Assembly: GCA_964600695.1 (NCBI GenBank)
Contig: CAZRKK010000002.1
Span: 5,354 to 69,353 of the forward strand
Direction of reading: 5' to 3'
Length of the DNA stretch: 64,000 bases
From: an uncultured Candidatus Saccharibacteria bacterium
GTDB lineage: Bacteria; Patescibacteriota; Doudnabacteria; UBA920
The position numbers were made by a program, and so were the translations under genes. Positions 1 to 9,623 of this stretch are shown here, piece by piece; the first letter of the stretch is position 1, and every line of letters starts with the position of its first letter. The notes beneath the pieces are model-generated. The model worked only from the letters and a program-made list of their open reading frames with translations. It searched no databases and was not told where the DNA came from.

Positions 1-1
1 T

Positions 2-184
2 CGAAGAAACCCAGATTACATAGGTAATATGAATGGTCCAGCGGGGAGTAGTTCAGTCTACGATATCTGTATCGATACAGATGGGAATATGTATTGGAAT
101 GAATGGCTTATTCGTGGGCAGATGTTTAATGATCCAAATTATCCTAATTTCCATCCAGGCTGGTTTTTCCCAGCAAATCAATAA
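2..184 (+). CDS. 3' end of an ORF truncated by the window edge (hypothetical protein)
   Basis: Frame 2 is open from the window edge to TAA at 182-184 (...DICIDTDGNMYWNEWLIRGQMFNDPNYPNFHPGWFFPANQ*). It is absent from the ORF track because no start is visible. No family recognised. Confidence 0.4.
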   Translation, partial: RRNPDYIGNMNGPAGSSSVYDICIDTDGNMYWNEWLIRGQMFNDPNYPNFHPGWFFPANQ

Positions 185-279
185 TGTCCAGATTTACTGA
201 TTTTGTTTGTGGATAACTTTTTTGGGAAATCTTAATAAACCACTATACTTATAGTAAGTAATTAAACTTTAGAAATAAA

Positions 280-564
280 ATGAAAATAGAGAAGCAGTCT
301 TTGTTTATTGGCTTAGCAATTGGAGCTGTTATGGGCGGGGCAATTATTGGTTATTTAGATGCCAATCGCCCAGAGCCGTTGTTTTCTTCGGCTGATGAAA
401 TGGGTAGTATTTGGATTCCATCTTTTGAATCATGCCCACAAGGATATTCACCAACAGGTGCTGTAAGAACGGTTAAGCGTGGTGGCATAGGTGGAAGTAA
501 TTTGACCCTAAAGGAATGCACAAACGAACCTCAAGAAGGTGGTGGACAACCCCTATTGGATTAG
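280..564 (+). CDS. small hypothetical protein with N-terminal hydrophobic helix (membrane-anchored or secreted)
   Basis: 94-aa ORF with N-terminal LFIGLAIGAVMGGAIIGYL helix, followed by a hairpin plus T-run. Confidence 0.5.
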   Translation: MKIEKQSLFIGLAIGAVMGGAIIGYLDANRPEPLFSSADEMGSIWIPSFESCPQGYSPTGAVRTVKRGGIGGSNLTLKECTNEPQEGGGQPLLD

Positions 565-581
565 TCTAAATAGTTAACAAA

Positions 582-617
582 AACTCTCCTCTACACTTTA
601 AGTAAGGGGAGTTTTTG
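582..617 (+). terminator. rho-independent terminator-like hairpin
   Basis: aactctcct (582-590) pairs with aggggagtt (605-613), one G-U pair, followed by tttt. Confidence 0.55.
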
Positions 618-683
618 TATTATTGACTAATTCTTAAATATATCGTAAAATAAACGCATTGAAATTTTAGGAGGAATTTATCA

Positions 684-1406
684 ATGATCAGTAATGAAGT
701 TGTAGATGATTTGGAAGACCGGATCACCAGCGCTGTTGATATCCGAGAAAAGGGTAATCCATTGTTAGCAGCCGGCTTGTTAACCGAAATTATAAATTTT
801 TGTTATGACAATTGTCTTGATGTGATTTGTGCAAGCGCACTTGGTGAAAGAATTGTTTGTAGCAAGCACATGTTTCAAAAAGAAGGATTGCAAATATATC
901 TTAATCAGATGCTGGCTGATATCAAAAAAGGAAAGACTTTGAATATTTCCGAGTCAGATCATGCCGTATTCTACCTCCGTCATGGGGATGTTTGTGCGTC
1001 TCTTGGCGAGCATGCAGAAGCGGAGGGTCTGTACTATCAAGCACATTGTTTAGTTAACAAAGGTGGCAGGGAAGAGGCGGAATATCTTGGTCATTATGCC
1101 GAAGCTTTGGCTACCAACCCAGAAGCAACCGAAGAGAAATTAGAGAAAGCTATGGACTTGCTTCGCAAGGCCTTTTTGATTCTCGAGGATGTTCCAGAAG
1201 AGCAGCTCGATATTAAGTATCGTTTGATCATTCTTTCTGGATTACATGGACGCTTAGCAAAAGTTGCTGTTAAGTCACGGTGTTATATCTTAGCGTTTAG
1301 AGCATTAACTGAGTGTTGGCGAATGTCACGCGAGTTGGCTTATAAGCACAATTACCCAATGCGATTAGAGCAGTTTTGGCTTCGCGCGCGAGGTAGAGGA
1401 GCTTAG
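684..1406 (+). CDS. hypothetical alpha-helical protein, no family recognised
   Basis: 240-aa ORF with GGAGGA 8 nt upstream of the ATG (aggaggaatttatcaATG) and a strong terminator downstream. Confidence 0.55.
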   Translation: MISNEVVDDLEDRITSAVDIREKGNPLLAAGLLTEIINFCYDNCLDVICASALGERIVCSKHMFQKEGLQIYLNQMLADIKKGKTLNISESDHAVFYLRHGDVCASLGEHAEAEGLYYQAHCLVNKGGREEAEYLGHYAEALATNPEATEEKLEKAMDLLRKAFLILEDVPEEQLDIKYRLIILSGLHGRLAKVAVKSRCYILAFRALTECWRMSRELAYKHNYPMRLEQFWLRARGRGA

Positions 1407-1411
1407 TTTTT

Positions 1412-1441
1412 ATCCCGGAACGTTGTTTCCGGGATTTTTTT
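1412..1441 (+). terminator. rho-independent terminator
   Basis: Perfect 9-bp stem atcccggaa (1412-1420) / ttccgggat (1427-1435), then a T7 run. Confidence 0.85.
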
Positions 1442-1516
1442 GTACTAAAATTTTTCCTTTGACGACAGAATATTATTGAGTTAAAATCAGCGTAGTTTGA
1501 ATGGAGGTTAGATAAA

Positions 1517-1966
1517 ATGACTCAACCACAATGGAAAAGCGTAGATTCTATTTCGCGCATGTTAAATTCGGCTTCCGTAGTCACTAATATAGTAAATCAT
1601 GTTGCAGAGGAGCTTGTTCAGATACCTCAAGAAAAACTGGTGGAATTATACAGGTTTAGATCTGCTACCATTCCAATTAAAAACCGTCATTTAGAAATTA
1701 ATTTTTCTCAACTGAGTGATAGGCAGAAAGAGGCTGTGATCGAAGGCGTTGGTGCGTTGGGAAGCGAACTAGGTTTTGAAATTGGTATCGAAGCCTGTGA
1801 ATTAGGCAATCCGAATGATTTGGAGTATTGTTTAATAATCTCAGAACCCATTGATGATGTTATTGATGGAGGTGGCGATGATGATAGTGATAGGCGAGTT
1901 GATCTGCCAATCACATCTTCGCAAGATGAAATCCATGCCCCAAAAGTAATGGCAGCTCATGGTTGA
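1517..1966 (+). CDS. hypothetical acidic protein
   Basis: 149-aa ORF with GGAGG upstream (atggaggttagataaaATG). C-terminus is D/G-rich. No family recognised. Confidence 0.5.
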   Translation: MTQPQWKSVDSISRMLNSASVVTNIVNHVAEELVQIPQEKLVELYRFRSATIPIKNRHLEINFSQLSDRQKEAVIEGVGALGSELGFEIGIEACELGNPNDLEYCLIISEPIDDVIDGGGDDDSDRRVDLPITSSQDEIHAPKVMAAHG

Positions 1967-1996
1967 CGCATAGTTCAATTCAAAAACTGTATATTA

Positions 1997-2027
1997 AAAG
2001 AAGCGTAATCTCGCTTCTTTTTATTTT
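1997..2027 (+). terminator. rho-independent terminator
   Basis: 9-bp stem aaagaagcg (1997-2005) / cgcttcttt (2012-2020) followed by a T-rich run. Confidence 0.8.
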
Positions 2028-2156
2028 TGTAAACAATAATGCGAATGATGCAATACAATTAATTAACTTATGAGAAATATATTAGTCTAGCATTATGGAA
2101 TATATTGGCTAATATGTCAACAATAGGGAAAAACCCAAAATTTCCTCAATAAAAAC

Positions 2157-2185
2157 TTGACACTAACCAGAATATGGGATAAAAT
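2157..2185 (+). promoter_or_regulatory. sigma70-type promoter of the S10 operon
   Basis: TTGACA (2157-2162), 17-nt spacer, TAAAAT (2180-2185), about 95 nt upstream of the rpsJ ATG. Confidence 0.55.
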
Positions 2186-2278
2186 TTTGATTAAGTTCTA
2201 CTAGCAATAAAGCTAGTGGTTTTAATTGCTGTAAAGTCCCTTAAATAAGACAAAAACAGCATATTGTCAATCTATTTT

Positions 2279-2602
2279 ATGGAAAAGGCCGAACACAAGC
2301 CAAAAATTCGCATCAAGATTCGCGCATACGATCACAAGTTAATTGATCAAAGTGCAAAGCAAATCGTTGATACTGCCAAGAGAACTGGTGCCAGCGTTTC
2401 TGGTCCAGTACCTTTGCCTACCGCAAAGCGAAAGTACACAGTGCTTCGTTCTACTTTTGTACATAAAGATAGCCGAGAACAGTTCGAAATGCGTACTCAT
2501 AAGCGTATGATCGATATCCTCGACCCAACCCCTAAAACCATCGATTCTCTCACTAACTTGGCTTTACCAGCTGGAGTAGATGTAGAGATCAAAATGAGTT
2601 AA
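2279..2602 (+). CDS. rpsJ: 30S ribosomal protein S10
   Basis: [22 protein letters not shown]...[24 protein letters not shown] is a canonical S10 sequence. I prefer the ATG at 2279 over the TTG at 2264 in the ORF track. Confidence 0.96.
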   Translation: MEKAEHKPKIRIKIRAYDHKLIDQSAKQIVDTAKRTGASVSGPVPLPTAKRKYTVLRSTFVHKDSREQFEMRTHKRMIDILDPTPKTIDSLTNLALPAGVDVEIKMS

Positions 2603-2806
2603 AGGCGTGCCGCAAAATATAGCGGCCGCTCGGTGTGAATCTGTTCTGAAATTTTAGAGTCCAAACAGCTCAAAACTTCAGATAACTATTCGCCAAATAC
2701 AAGCAAAGCATCCTAGATGATGAATTGTTTATATGTGGTGATTAGCCACATTTTTTTATTTAATAAGACGTGATGTCCACCACTTAAGTGGACCAATCAA
2801 AACCGT
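2603..2806 (+). promoter_or_regulatory. unusually long structured rpsJ-rplC spacer (candidate attenuator or r-protein leader)
   Basis: 204 nt of non-coding sequence inside an otherwise tightly packed operon. Hairpins at 2645-2682, 2733-2751 (followed by T7) and 2775-2793. Confidence 0.45.
2733..2757 (+). terminator. intrinsic terminator-like hairpin between rpsJ and rplC
   Basis: atgtgg (2733-2738) / ccacat (2746-2751), 7-nt loop, then ttttttt. Confidence 0.5.
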
Positions 2807-3478
2807 ATGAAATTTATTGTTGGAAAAAAGTTAAATATGACAACCTACTTCGCAGAAAATGGCGAAGTTATTCCTGCTACCGTAGTCAAAGCCCCAAACA
2901 TGGTGGTTACTCAGATTAAGACTGCAGACAGTAAAGATGGTTATAACGCTATTCAAGTTGGTATTAGCGCAGTTGTAGCTGGAAGTAAGAATTCAAACAA
3001 AGCAAAGACAGGTCACTCTAAAGATCTTGGTAAATTTGGAAAATTTGTTGAATTTCGTGTAGACAACCCTCAAGATTTTACTCTTGGTCAGAAGGTGGAA
3101 GTTTCTCAATTCGAAATTGGTGAAATGGTAGATGTAATTGGTGTGATGAAGGGACGCGGTTTCGCAGGTGCGATGAAGCGTCACGGTTTCCATGGATTCC
3201 CAATGAGTCACGGTCATAACCGTCCTCGTAGTGTAGGATCTATTGGTTCTCGTTACCCACAGCACGTTAACAAAGGCCGTCGTATGGCTGGTCATATGGG
3301 AACTCAACACGTTACTGTAAAAAATCTTCAAGTTGTTGATGTTGATGGTGGAAACGGTTTAATTTTAATCAAAGGTGCGGTTCCAGGAACTCGTAATGGC
3401 ATGGTTCGCATTTCTACAACTGGAGTAAAGAAGCCTTTGTTTGTAGCTGTTGTTGAAGATACTAAGAAAAAGAAATAG
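2807..3478 (+). CDS. rplC: 50S ribosomal protein L3
   Basis: L3-like sequence (GKKLNMT...GFAGAMKRHGFHG...) at the canonical position after S10. Confidence 0.95.
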   Translation: MKFIVGKKLNMTTYFAENGEVIPATVVKAPNMVVTQIKTADSKDGYNAIQVGISAVVAGSKNSNKAKTGHSKDLGKFGKFVEFRVDNPQDFTLGQKVEVSQFEIGEMVDVIGVMKGRGFAGAMKRHGFHGFPMSHGHNRPRSVGSIGSRYPQHVNKGRRMAGHMGTQHVTVKNLQVVDVDGGNGLILIKGAVPGTRNGMVRISTTGVKKPLFVAVVEDTKKKK

Positions 3479-3490
3479 TCTAATATCTAT

Positions 3491-4240
3491 ATGAAGATTC
3501 AAGTTTACAATCAGAACGCCGAAGCCGTAGGTGAAATGGAAGTTAGCGACAGCATCTTTGCTGTTAAGCCATCTTTGCATTTAATGGCCGAAAGTGTCCG
3601 TGCTCAAGCTAACAACGCTCGTAAAGGTTTAGCTAATACCAAAACTCGTGGTGAAGTTAGTGGTGGCGGTAAGAAGCCTTGGAAGCAAAAGGGAACTGGT
3701 CGCGCTCGCGCAGGTTCTACTCGTAGTCCAATTTGGCGTCATGGTGGAGTAACCTTTGGTCCAACTTCTGATCGTAACTGGAGTGTGAAGATCAACAAGA
3801 AAGCCAAGACTAAAGCTTTATTCATGTCTTTGTCCGACAAAGCTCGTGATGGCAAATTTATTATCATCGAAGGTATCAACCTAGAAACTCCAAAGACTAA
3901 AGAATTCATCAAGGTTATGGAAGCTTTCCATTCTAAGCTTACTGTTTTAGGCAACAAGCAGATGATGGTTCTACCAAAGAAAGATGATTCCTTAATCCGT
4001 GCTTCTCGTAACCTTCAAGAAATTAACACAGCTTTTGCAACTAGTTTAAATATCACAGATATCCTAAAAGCAGATTCCATGCTTGTCATGAAAGACAGCT
4101 TGAAAGTTATCGAACGAACTTATTTAAAAGAAGCAGGCAAAGCAGTTAAAGAAGAAAAGGCAGTCAAAGAAGTTAAAGCAGAAGATAAAGAAAAAGCTCC
4201 TGCAAAATCTGAAGCTAAGAAAGAAGTAACTAAAGAATAA
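3491..4240 (+). CDS. rplD: 50S ribosomal protein L4 with K/E/A-rich C-terminal extension
   Basis: SGGGKKPWKQKGTGRARAGSTRSPIWRHGGVTFGP motif. About 45 extra C-terminal residues (KEAGKAVKEEKAVKEVKAEDKEKAPAKSEAKKE). Confidence 0.95.
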   Translation: MKIQVYNQNAEAVGEMEVSDSIFAVKPSLHLMAESVRAQANNARKGLANTKTRGEVSGGGKKPWKQKGTGRARAGSTRSPIWRHGGVTFGPTSDRNWSVKINKKAKTKALFMSLSDKARDGKFIIIEGINLETPKTKEFIKVMEAFHSKLTVLGNKQMMVLPKKDDSLIRASRNLQEINTAFATSLNITDILKADSMLVMKDSLKVIERTYLKEAGKAVKEEKAVKEVKAEDKEKAPAKSEAKKEVTKE

Positions 4241-4263
4241 TTATTCCCCCTAACACTAATTAA

Positions 4264-4692
4264 ATGGCAATTTTTTCTAAAAAAGAGAATACTGACGAAG
4301 TTGTAGTTGATGCTCCTGTAGCAGATCAACCAACATCTTCTAAAGATACAGCTGTAACAGCTGACTCTGAATCCCCAAAAGCAATGGCGGATGTTGTTAA
4401 TAGTGGAATCGGCACTAAGGGTTTAATTGTTCCTCGAATTTCCGAAAAGGCTGGATTTGTAGCTCGCTTTAACCAATACATTTTTACCATTCACGGTAAG
4501 CTTAATAAAATTGAAGTTAAGAATGCTGTGCAAAAAATGTATGGAGTTAAAATCGCTAACATTAATATGATCCAAGTTGCTGGCAAGGGCCGTCGTTTTG
4601 GTACTAAAAAAGGAATGCGCAGCGGTTTTAAAAAGGCAGTAATTACCTTAACCCCAGATAGTAAGAAAATTGATATAGTAGAACCTAACTAA
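4264..4692 (+). CDS. rplW: 50S ribosomal protein L23 with N-terminal extension
   Basis: The L23 core (RISEKA...[26 protein letters not shown]) is preceded by about 45 aa of low-complexity sequence. Confidence 0.92.
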   Translation: MAIFSKKENTDEVVVDAPVADQPTSSKDTAVTADSESPKAMADVVNSGIGTKGLIVPRISEKAGFVARFNQYIFTIHGKLNKIEVKNAVQKMYGVKIANINMIQVAGKGRRFGTKKGMRSGFKKAVITLTPDSKKIDIVEPN

Positions 4693-4696
4693 ATTT

Positions 4697-5542
4697 ATGG
4701 CAGTTAAAATTTACAAACCAACTACACCAGGCCGTCGTCAGACTAGCGTTATAGACTACGCTAAAGTCCTCAATAAAACCGAGAAAACTCCGAAGTTTTT
4801 GATTATGAGCAAGGCTAAGCAAGCTGGTCGTAATAATTCTGGAAAAATCACAGTTCGTCACCGTGGTGGTGGTGCACTTAAGAAAGTTCGTATCGTAGAT
4901 TTTATTCGTGCGGACCGAAAAGATATTCCTGGAACAGTTAAGACCATCGAATATGATCCAACTCGTACTTCATTTATTTCTCTAATCGATTACAATGATG
5001 GAGTAAAGCGTTTAATCATCACTCCGATTGGTTTAAAAGTTGGCGATAAAGTCATTTACAGCGAAACAGCAGAAATTCATCCTGGTAACCGATTGTCTAT
5101 TTCTAATATCCCAGTTGGTAGCTTAATCCACGATGTAGAATTAGTTCCTGGTCGCGGTGGTAAGCTTGCTCGAAGTGCTGGAAATAGCGTATTGTTACAG
5201 AACATCGAAGCTGGTTATGCCTTTCTAAAATTACCATCAGGTGAAATTCGTAAGGTTCGCGAAACATGTACCGCTAGCATTGGCCAAGTTTCTAATAATG
5301 ATTGGATGAATGTCCGAATCGGTAAAGCTGGTCGTAAGCGTCACATGGGTTGGAGACCTCAAGTCCGTGGTAAAGTTATGAACCCGGTAGATCACCCTCA
5401 TGGTGGTGGAGAAGGTAGTAACTCGATCGGTATGAAATATCCTAAGACTCCTTGGGGTAAGCATGCTCTCGGTGTAAAGACTCGTGATAAGAAAAAAGGC
5501 TCTTCCAAGTTTATTGTGAAGCGTCGAACTAAGAAGCGTTAA
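4697..5542 (+). CDS. rplB: 50S ribosomal protein L2
   Basis: Canonical L2 motifs ([29 protein letters not shown]). Confidence 0.97.
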   Translation: MAVKIYKPTTPGRRQTSVIDYAKVLNKTEKTPKFLIMSKAKQAGRNNSGKITVRHRGGGALKKVRIVDFIRADRKDIPGTVKTIEYDPTRTSFISLIDYNDGVKRLIITPIGLKVGDKVIYSETAEIHPGNRLSISNIPVGSLIHDVELVPGRGGKLARSAGNSVLLQNIEAGYAFLKLPSGEIRKVRETCTASIGQVSNNDWMNVRIGKAGRKRHMGWRPQVRGKVMNPVDHPHGGGEGSNSIGMKYPKTPWGKHALGVKTRDKKKGSSKFIVKRRTKKR

Positions 5543-5554
5543 TTAATATAATTT

Positions 5555-5842
5555 ATGTCTAGAAGTTTAAAAAAAGGTCCATTTATAGATCCTCGAGTGA
5601 TGAAGAAAGTTATCGCTGGTAAGCCTGGTGATAAAATCAAGACTTGGGCTCGCGATTGTGCTATCTCTCCAGAGATGGTTGGTTATACTTTTATGGTACA
5701 CAATGGCAAAACTCATCTCGAAGTATTCGTTACAGAGAACATGGTTGGACACAAACTTGGTGAATTTTCACCAACACGTAAATTTATTGGTCACGGTGGT
5801 AAACTTGCTAAAGAGCAAAAAGCCGAAGCTTCATCTAAATAA
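5555..5842 (+). CDS. rpsS: 30S ribosomal protein S19
   Basis: [12 protein letters not shown]...[24 protein letters not shown]. Confidence 0.97.
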   Translation: MSRSLKKGPFIDPRVMKKVIAGKPGDKIKTWARDCAISPEMVGYTFMVHNGKTHLEVFVTENMVGHKLGEFSPTRKFIGHGGKLAKEQKAEASSK

Positions 5843-5870
5843 TAATTTCCCGATATTTTAATCCCATTAT

Positions 5871-6524
5871 ATGGCAGAAAAAACTGTACAAAAGAATAAG
5901 AAGACCCCAGCGGCTAAGCCGTCTGTTAAGGCTGGATCTAAAACAGCAACTGCTGTTGTAGAAGCACCTAAGCAATTGGTACGTGCTCATGCTCGTAATC
6001 TTCGAATTTCCCCACGTAAATTACGCTTAGTTACAAACATGGTTAAGAACATGCGTGTTGGTGATGCTTTGGTACAGTTGCAATTTACCAATAAAAAAGG
6101 TGCACCGATGATCGCGAAGTTATTACAATCTGCTGTTGCTAACGCTGAACATAATTTTTCTTTAAATCGTGATGGGTTAATAATTAAGAGCATTACCTGC
6201 GACATGGGGCCAGTTCTCCAACGTGCCTTTCCGCGTGCCCGTGGTAGTGCTTTTGTAATCCGCCGTAAGATGAGCCATGTCAACGTCATCTTAGAAGAAA
6301 AGGCGATTAAGAAAACTGCTGGCGGCAAAAAGAAGCCAGCGGCAGCAAAAGTACCAAAGACTACTAAAGCAGATAAACCAGTACAAACAGTAGAAGGTTC
6401 AGCTGGCTTACCGGTCGAAAAAGTAACCAAGTTACCTAAAGAACAGAAAGTCAAAGAAGTTCATCACGAGAACGAAGGCAATCTAGTTGACCAAAAGACA
6501 GAACCAGAAAACTTAATAAAATAA
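5871..6524 (+). CDS. rplV: 50S ribosomal protein L22 with long N- and C-terminal extensions
   Basis: The L22 core (RISPRKLRLVTNMVKNMRVGDALVQLQF...) lies inside a 217-aa ORF, roughly twice the usual L22 length. Confidence 0.93.
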   Translation: MAEKTVQKNKKTPAAKPSVKAGSKTATAVVEAPKQLVRAHARNLRISPRKLRLVTNMVKNMRVGDALVQLQFTNKKGAPMIAKLLQSAVANAEHNFSLNRDGLIIKSITCDMGPVLQRAFPRARGSAFVIRRKMSHVNVILEEKAIKKTAGGKKKPAAAKVPKTTKADKPVQTVEGSAGLPVEKVTKLPKEQKVKEVHHENEGNLVDQKTEPENLIK

Positions 6525-6525
6525 T

Positions 6526-7182
6526 ATGGGAAATAAGATCAATCCAACTTCATTTAGACTTAAGATTACCGATACTTGGAAGTCCAAGTGGTACTCTAAA
6601 GGCAATTACGTAGAACAGCTTAAAGAAGATGTTGCTATTCGTGAATATCTCGAAAAGCATTTACGTAAGGCCGGTCTTGCTCGAATCGATATCGAACGTC
6701 TTAACGACGGTACTATCACTATCGTAATTCGTACTACTAAACCAGGTTTAATTATTGGTAAAGGTGGTGCGGGGATCGAAGAACTTAAGAAGCGCGTTAA
6801 GAAGCAACTTAAGATCAAGAGCGAACTCAAAGTTAACATCGAAGAAATTCGTGACGTTAACATGCATGCTCAAGTGATCGCTAACGGCATCGCCGAACAG
6901 ATCGAACGCCGTGTTGCATTCCGTCGTCTAATGAAGCAATCTCTAGAACAAATTATGCAGGCTGGTGCTAAGGGTGTAAAAGTAGCAATTGGTGGCCGTT
7001 TGAATGGAGCAGAAATTGCTCGTTCCGAACATTTGTCTAGTGGTAAGATTCCTCTTCATACACTTCGCGCAGATATTGATTACGCTAAAGCTACTGCTCA
7101 CACTACATATGGAACAATTGGTATTAAAGTGTGGATCTATCGAGGCGATGTGTTCTCCGAGAAAGCTAAAGAGATTAAGTAG
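6526..7182 (+). CDS. rpsC: 30S ribosomal protein S3
   Basis: MGNKINPTSFRL...KH-domain...GRLNGAEIARSE motifs. Confidence 0.97.
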   Translation: MGNKINPTSFRLKITDTWKSKWYSKGNYVEQLKEDVAIREYLEKHLRKAGLARIDIERLNDGTITIVIRTTKPGLIIGKGGAGIEELKKRVKKQLKIKSELKVNIEEIRDVNMHAQVIANGIAEQIERRVAFRRLMKQSLEQIMQAGAKGVKVAIGGRLNGAEIARSEHLSSGKIPLHTLRADIDYAKATAHTTYGTIGIKVWIYRGDVFSEKAKEIK

Positions 7183-7221
7183 TTAAATAAATTAAGTAAC
7201 GTTTAGTTTTATACAAAGATT

Positions 7222-7629
7222 ATGTTAATTCCAAAAAAGGTCAAACACCGCAAACACCATCGCGGTCATAACAAAGGTAAAGCAACTTCTGGTAATTTTA
7301 TTGCTTTTGGAAGCTTCGCTCTTAAGGCTATGGAAGGCAGTTTCGTAACTGCTCGCCAAATCGAAGCCGCTCGTCGAGCTATGACTCGTAGTGTTCAACG
7401 TGGTGGTAAAATCTGGATTCGTATTTTCCCAGACAAGCCAATGACTGATCACGGTAACGAATCTGTAATGGGTAGCGGTAAAGGTGCCGTATCTCACTTC
7501 GTAGCTGTAGTCAAATCTGGTCGCATCCTATTCGAAATGGATGGTGTCCCAGAAGTTGCTGCTCGCGAAGCGATGAGACTCGCTGCACACAAACTGCCTG
7601 TGAAGACTAAATTCCTAATCAAGCAATAA
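7222..7629 (+). CDS. rplP: 50S ribosomal protein L16
   Basis: [15 protein letters not shown]...[12 protein letters not shown]...[11 protein letters not shown]. Confidence 0.97.
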   Translation: MLIPKKVKHRKHHRGHNKGKATSGNFIAFGSFALKAMEGSFVTARQIEAARRAMTRSVQRGGKIWIRIFPDKPMTDHGNESVMGSGKGAVSHFVAVVKSGRILFEMDGVPEVAAREAMRLAAHKLPVKTKFLIKQ

Positions 7630-7630
7630 G

Positions 7631-7825
7631 ATGAAATATACAGAAATCACCTCACAATCTATAGAGGCGTTACGCAAAGAGCTAACGACTTTACAAGAAA
7701 AACGCGAGAACCTCAAGATGAAAACTAAGCTTGGTCAGGTTAAGAACACCAACCAATTGTCTATGGTTAAAAAAGACATTGCTCGCATTATGACCTTTCT
7801 AAGATCTAGCCAAGGGGCTAAATAG
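7631..7825 (+). CDS. rpmC: 50S ribosomal protein L29
   Basis: 64-aa helical protein ([18 protein letters not shown]) at the L29 position between L16 and S17. Confidence 0.9.
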   Translation: MKYTEITSQSIEALRKELTTLQEKRENLKMKTKLGQVKNTNQLSMVKKDIARIMTFLRSSQGAK

Positions 7826-7845
7826 AGCTAACTAATTATATTTAT

Positions 7846-8088
7846 ATGGAAAAGCAAGTTACAAAACAACAAATGTCCGGCACTGTAGTGTCAAATAAGA
7901 TGGATAAAACCGTTGTGGTTAAGGTTGATATTTTAAAACGTCACCCTAAGTATCACAAGAGTTACACAAAATCTTATCGCTACAAAGCACATGACGAAGA
8001 CAACAGTTGCCAGATTGGCGATAAGGTTGTAATCGAAGCTATTCGTCCTATGAGCCGCGACAAGAAGTTTACAGTTTTAAAGAGCTAA
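7846..8088 (+). CDS. rpsQ: 30S ribosomal protein S17
   Basis: [16 protein letters not shown]....HPKY.K...YKAHDE...GD.V.I...RP.S motifs. Confidence 0.95.
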   Translation: MEKQVTKQQMSGTVVSNKMDKTVVVKVDILKRHPKYHKSYTKSYRYKAHDEDNSCQIGDKVVIEAIRPMSRDKKFTVLKS

Positions 8089-8139
8089 GTCGCGGACAGC
8101 TAGTCGCAAATTACTCGTTACTAAATACTTAATAAATTT

Positions 8140-8511
8140 ATGTTACAAATAAGATCTTACATTAAAATCGCAGATAACACTGGCGCTAAAGTCGTCAACT
8201 TGTTCGCAGTGAACGGAAAAAACAAACGTCGCTTTGCACGAGTTGGGGATATTGTCGCTGGTTCAGTTCGCCAAGCTGCTCCTAATGGGCAGGTTAAGAA
8301 AGGTGATAAGATCTATGCAGTTATCGTTCGTACTAAAAAGGAAATTCGTCGTAAAGACGGTTCATACATCCGATTTGATGAGAACGCTGGCGTATTGGTA
8401 GATAAAGAAAAAGGTGAACCACGTGGTACTCGTATCTTTGGTCCAATCCCAAGAGAAGTCCGTGATGCTGGTTTTTCTAAAATCGCTTCATTGGCTCCAG
8501 AGGTTATCTAA
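8140..8511 (+). CDS. rplN: 50S ribosomal protein L14
   Basis: [17 protein letters not shown]...[11 protein letters not shown]; canonical L14. Confidence 0.97.
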   Translation: MLQIRSYIKIADNTGAKVVNLFAVNGKNKRRFARVGDIVAGSVRQAAPNGQVKKGDKIYAVIVRTKKEIRRKDGSYIRFDENAGVLVDKEKGEPRGTRIFGPIPREVRDAGFSKIASLAPEVI

Positions 8512-8534
8512 CGCGACAAGTAATTTATTTATAT

Positions 8535-8858
8535 ATGACACAGATCAAGTTAAAAATTAAGAAAGGCGATACCGTTAAAGTATTGTCCGGTAAAGACAAG
8601 GGTAAGACTGGTAAAGTATTACGTGTTCTTCCAACTATCCAAAAAGTAGTTGTAGAAAACGTTAATATGCACACTAAGTTCGAGCGTAGCCGCCGAGCTG
8701 GTCAGCCAGGTCAGAAGATTGTATTTGCTGGAGTAATGGCTTCCTCTAAGGTTCAATTAATTGACCCTCATTCTGGTAAACCAACTCGGGTTAGCTTCCA
8801 GACCTTAGAAAATGGCACTAAGCAACGAATAGCTAAGCAGAGCGGAAAGGCCATCTAA
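8535..8858 (+). CDS. rplX: 50S ribosomal protein L24
   Basis: KIKKGDTVKVLSGKDKGKTGKVLRV KOW motif at the L24 position. Confidence 0.95.
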   Translation: MTQIKLKIKKGDTVKVLSGKDKGKTGKVLRVLPTIQKVVVENVNMHTKFERSRRAGQPGQKIVFAGVMASSKVQLIDPHSGKPTRVSFQTLENGTKQRIAKQSGKAI

Positions 8859-8862
8859 TTAT

Positions 8863-9402
8863 ATGAACAGATTACAAACACAATATAATAAAGAGATTGT
8901 CCCTGCGCTTAAAGAAAAGTTTGGTTACACAAATGTAATGGCAGTACCAAAGATTAAGCAAGTTAACCTCAACATTGGTGTCGGACGTTTCCTTAAAGAC
9001 AACAAGTTTATGGAATCAATTAAAAAAGATTTCACAAAGTTGGCTGGTCAAGCTCCGGTAGAAACCATGGCTCGTAAGTCTGTCGCTGGATTCAAAGTTC
9101 GTGAAGGCCAACAAGTCGGTCTAACAGTAACTATCCGCGGTAACCGCATGTACGAATTTCTAGATAAGTTGATCAGTGTGGCTATGCCTCGTGTCAAAGA
9201 TTTCCGTGGTGTGTCTCGTAAAGGTTTCGACGGACGTGGTAACTATAACCTTGGACTTAAAGAACATCTCGTATTCCCAGAAATTTCCCAAGAAGCTCTC
9301 GAACACATCTTCGGTCTTCAAGTAACGATAGTAACAAGCGCAGGTAAAGATGAACCTGCATATGAATTATTAAAGCAGATGAAGTTTCCCTTCAAAGATT
9401 AA
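8863..9402 (+). CDS. rplE: 50S ribosomal protein L5
   Basis: L5-like sequence (RLQTQYNKEIVPALKEKFGYTNVMAVPKI...GRGNYNLGLKE). Confidence 0.96.
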   Translation: MNRLQTQYNKEIVPALKEKFGYTNVMAVPKIKQVNLNIGVGRFLKDNKFMESIKKDFTKLAGQAPVETMARKSVAGFKVREGQQVGLTVTIRGNRMYEFLDKLISVAMPRVKDFRGVSRKGFDGRGNYNLGLKEHLVFPEISQEALEHIFGLQVTIVTSAGKDEPAYELLKQMKFPFKD

Positions 9403-9411
9403 TTAATAACA

Positions 9412-9606
9412 ATGGCTAAAAAATCTCTAATCGCAAAAGCTAATAGAAGTTTGATCAAACCGAAGTTTTCTACTCGGGTGATTCGTCGTTGTTTTAAGTG
9501 TGGTCGAAAAGCTGCTTTTATGAGAGATTTCTCTCTATGCCGTATTTGTTTCCGAGAACTAGCCAGCCGTGGAGAAATCCCTGGTGTATCTAAAGCCTCC
9601 TGGTAA
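9412..9606 (+). CDS. rpsN: 30S ribosomal protein S14, short zinc-ribbon (type Z) form
   Basis: 64 aa with CFKC...12 aa...CRIC and C-terminal [11 protein letters not shown]. Confidence 0.95.
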   Translation: MAKKSLIAKANRSLIKPKFSTRVIRRCFKCGRKAAFMRDFSLCRICFRELASRGEIPGVSKASW

Positions 9607-9623
9607 GAACTAATTAAACTACT

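Noticed and set aside
5987-6454. 155-aa antisense ORF inside rplV. Similar antisense or alternate-frame ORFs occur inside secY (12292-12651), the acidic protein gene (13493-13855), mreB (48054-48500), rpsS (5628-5861) and others.
   Set aside because: All are fully embedded in confidently identified genes, lack translation signals and have low-complexity shadow-like sequences.
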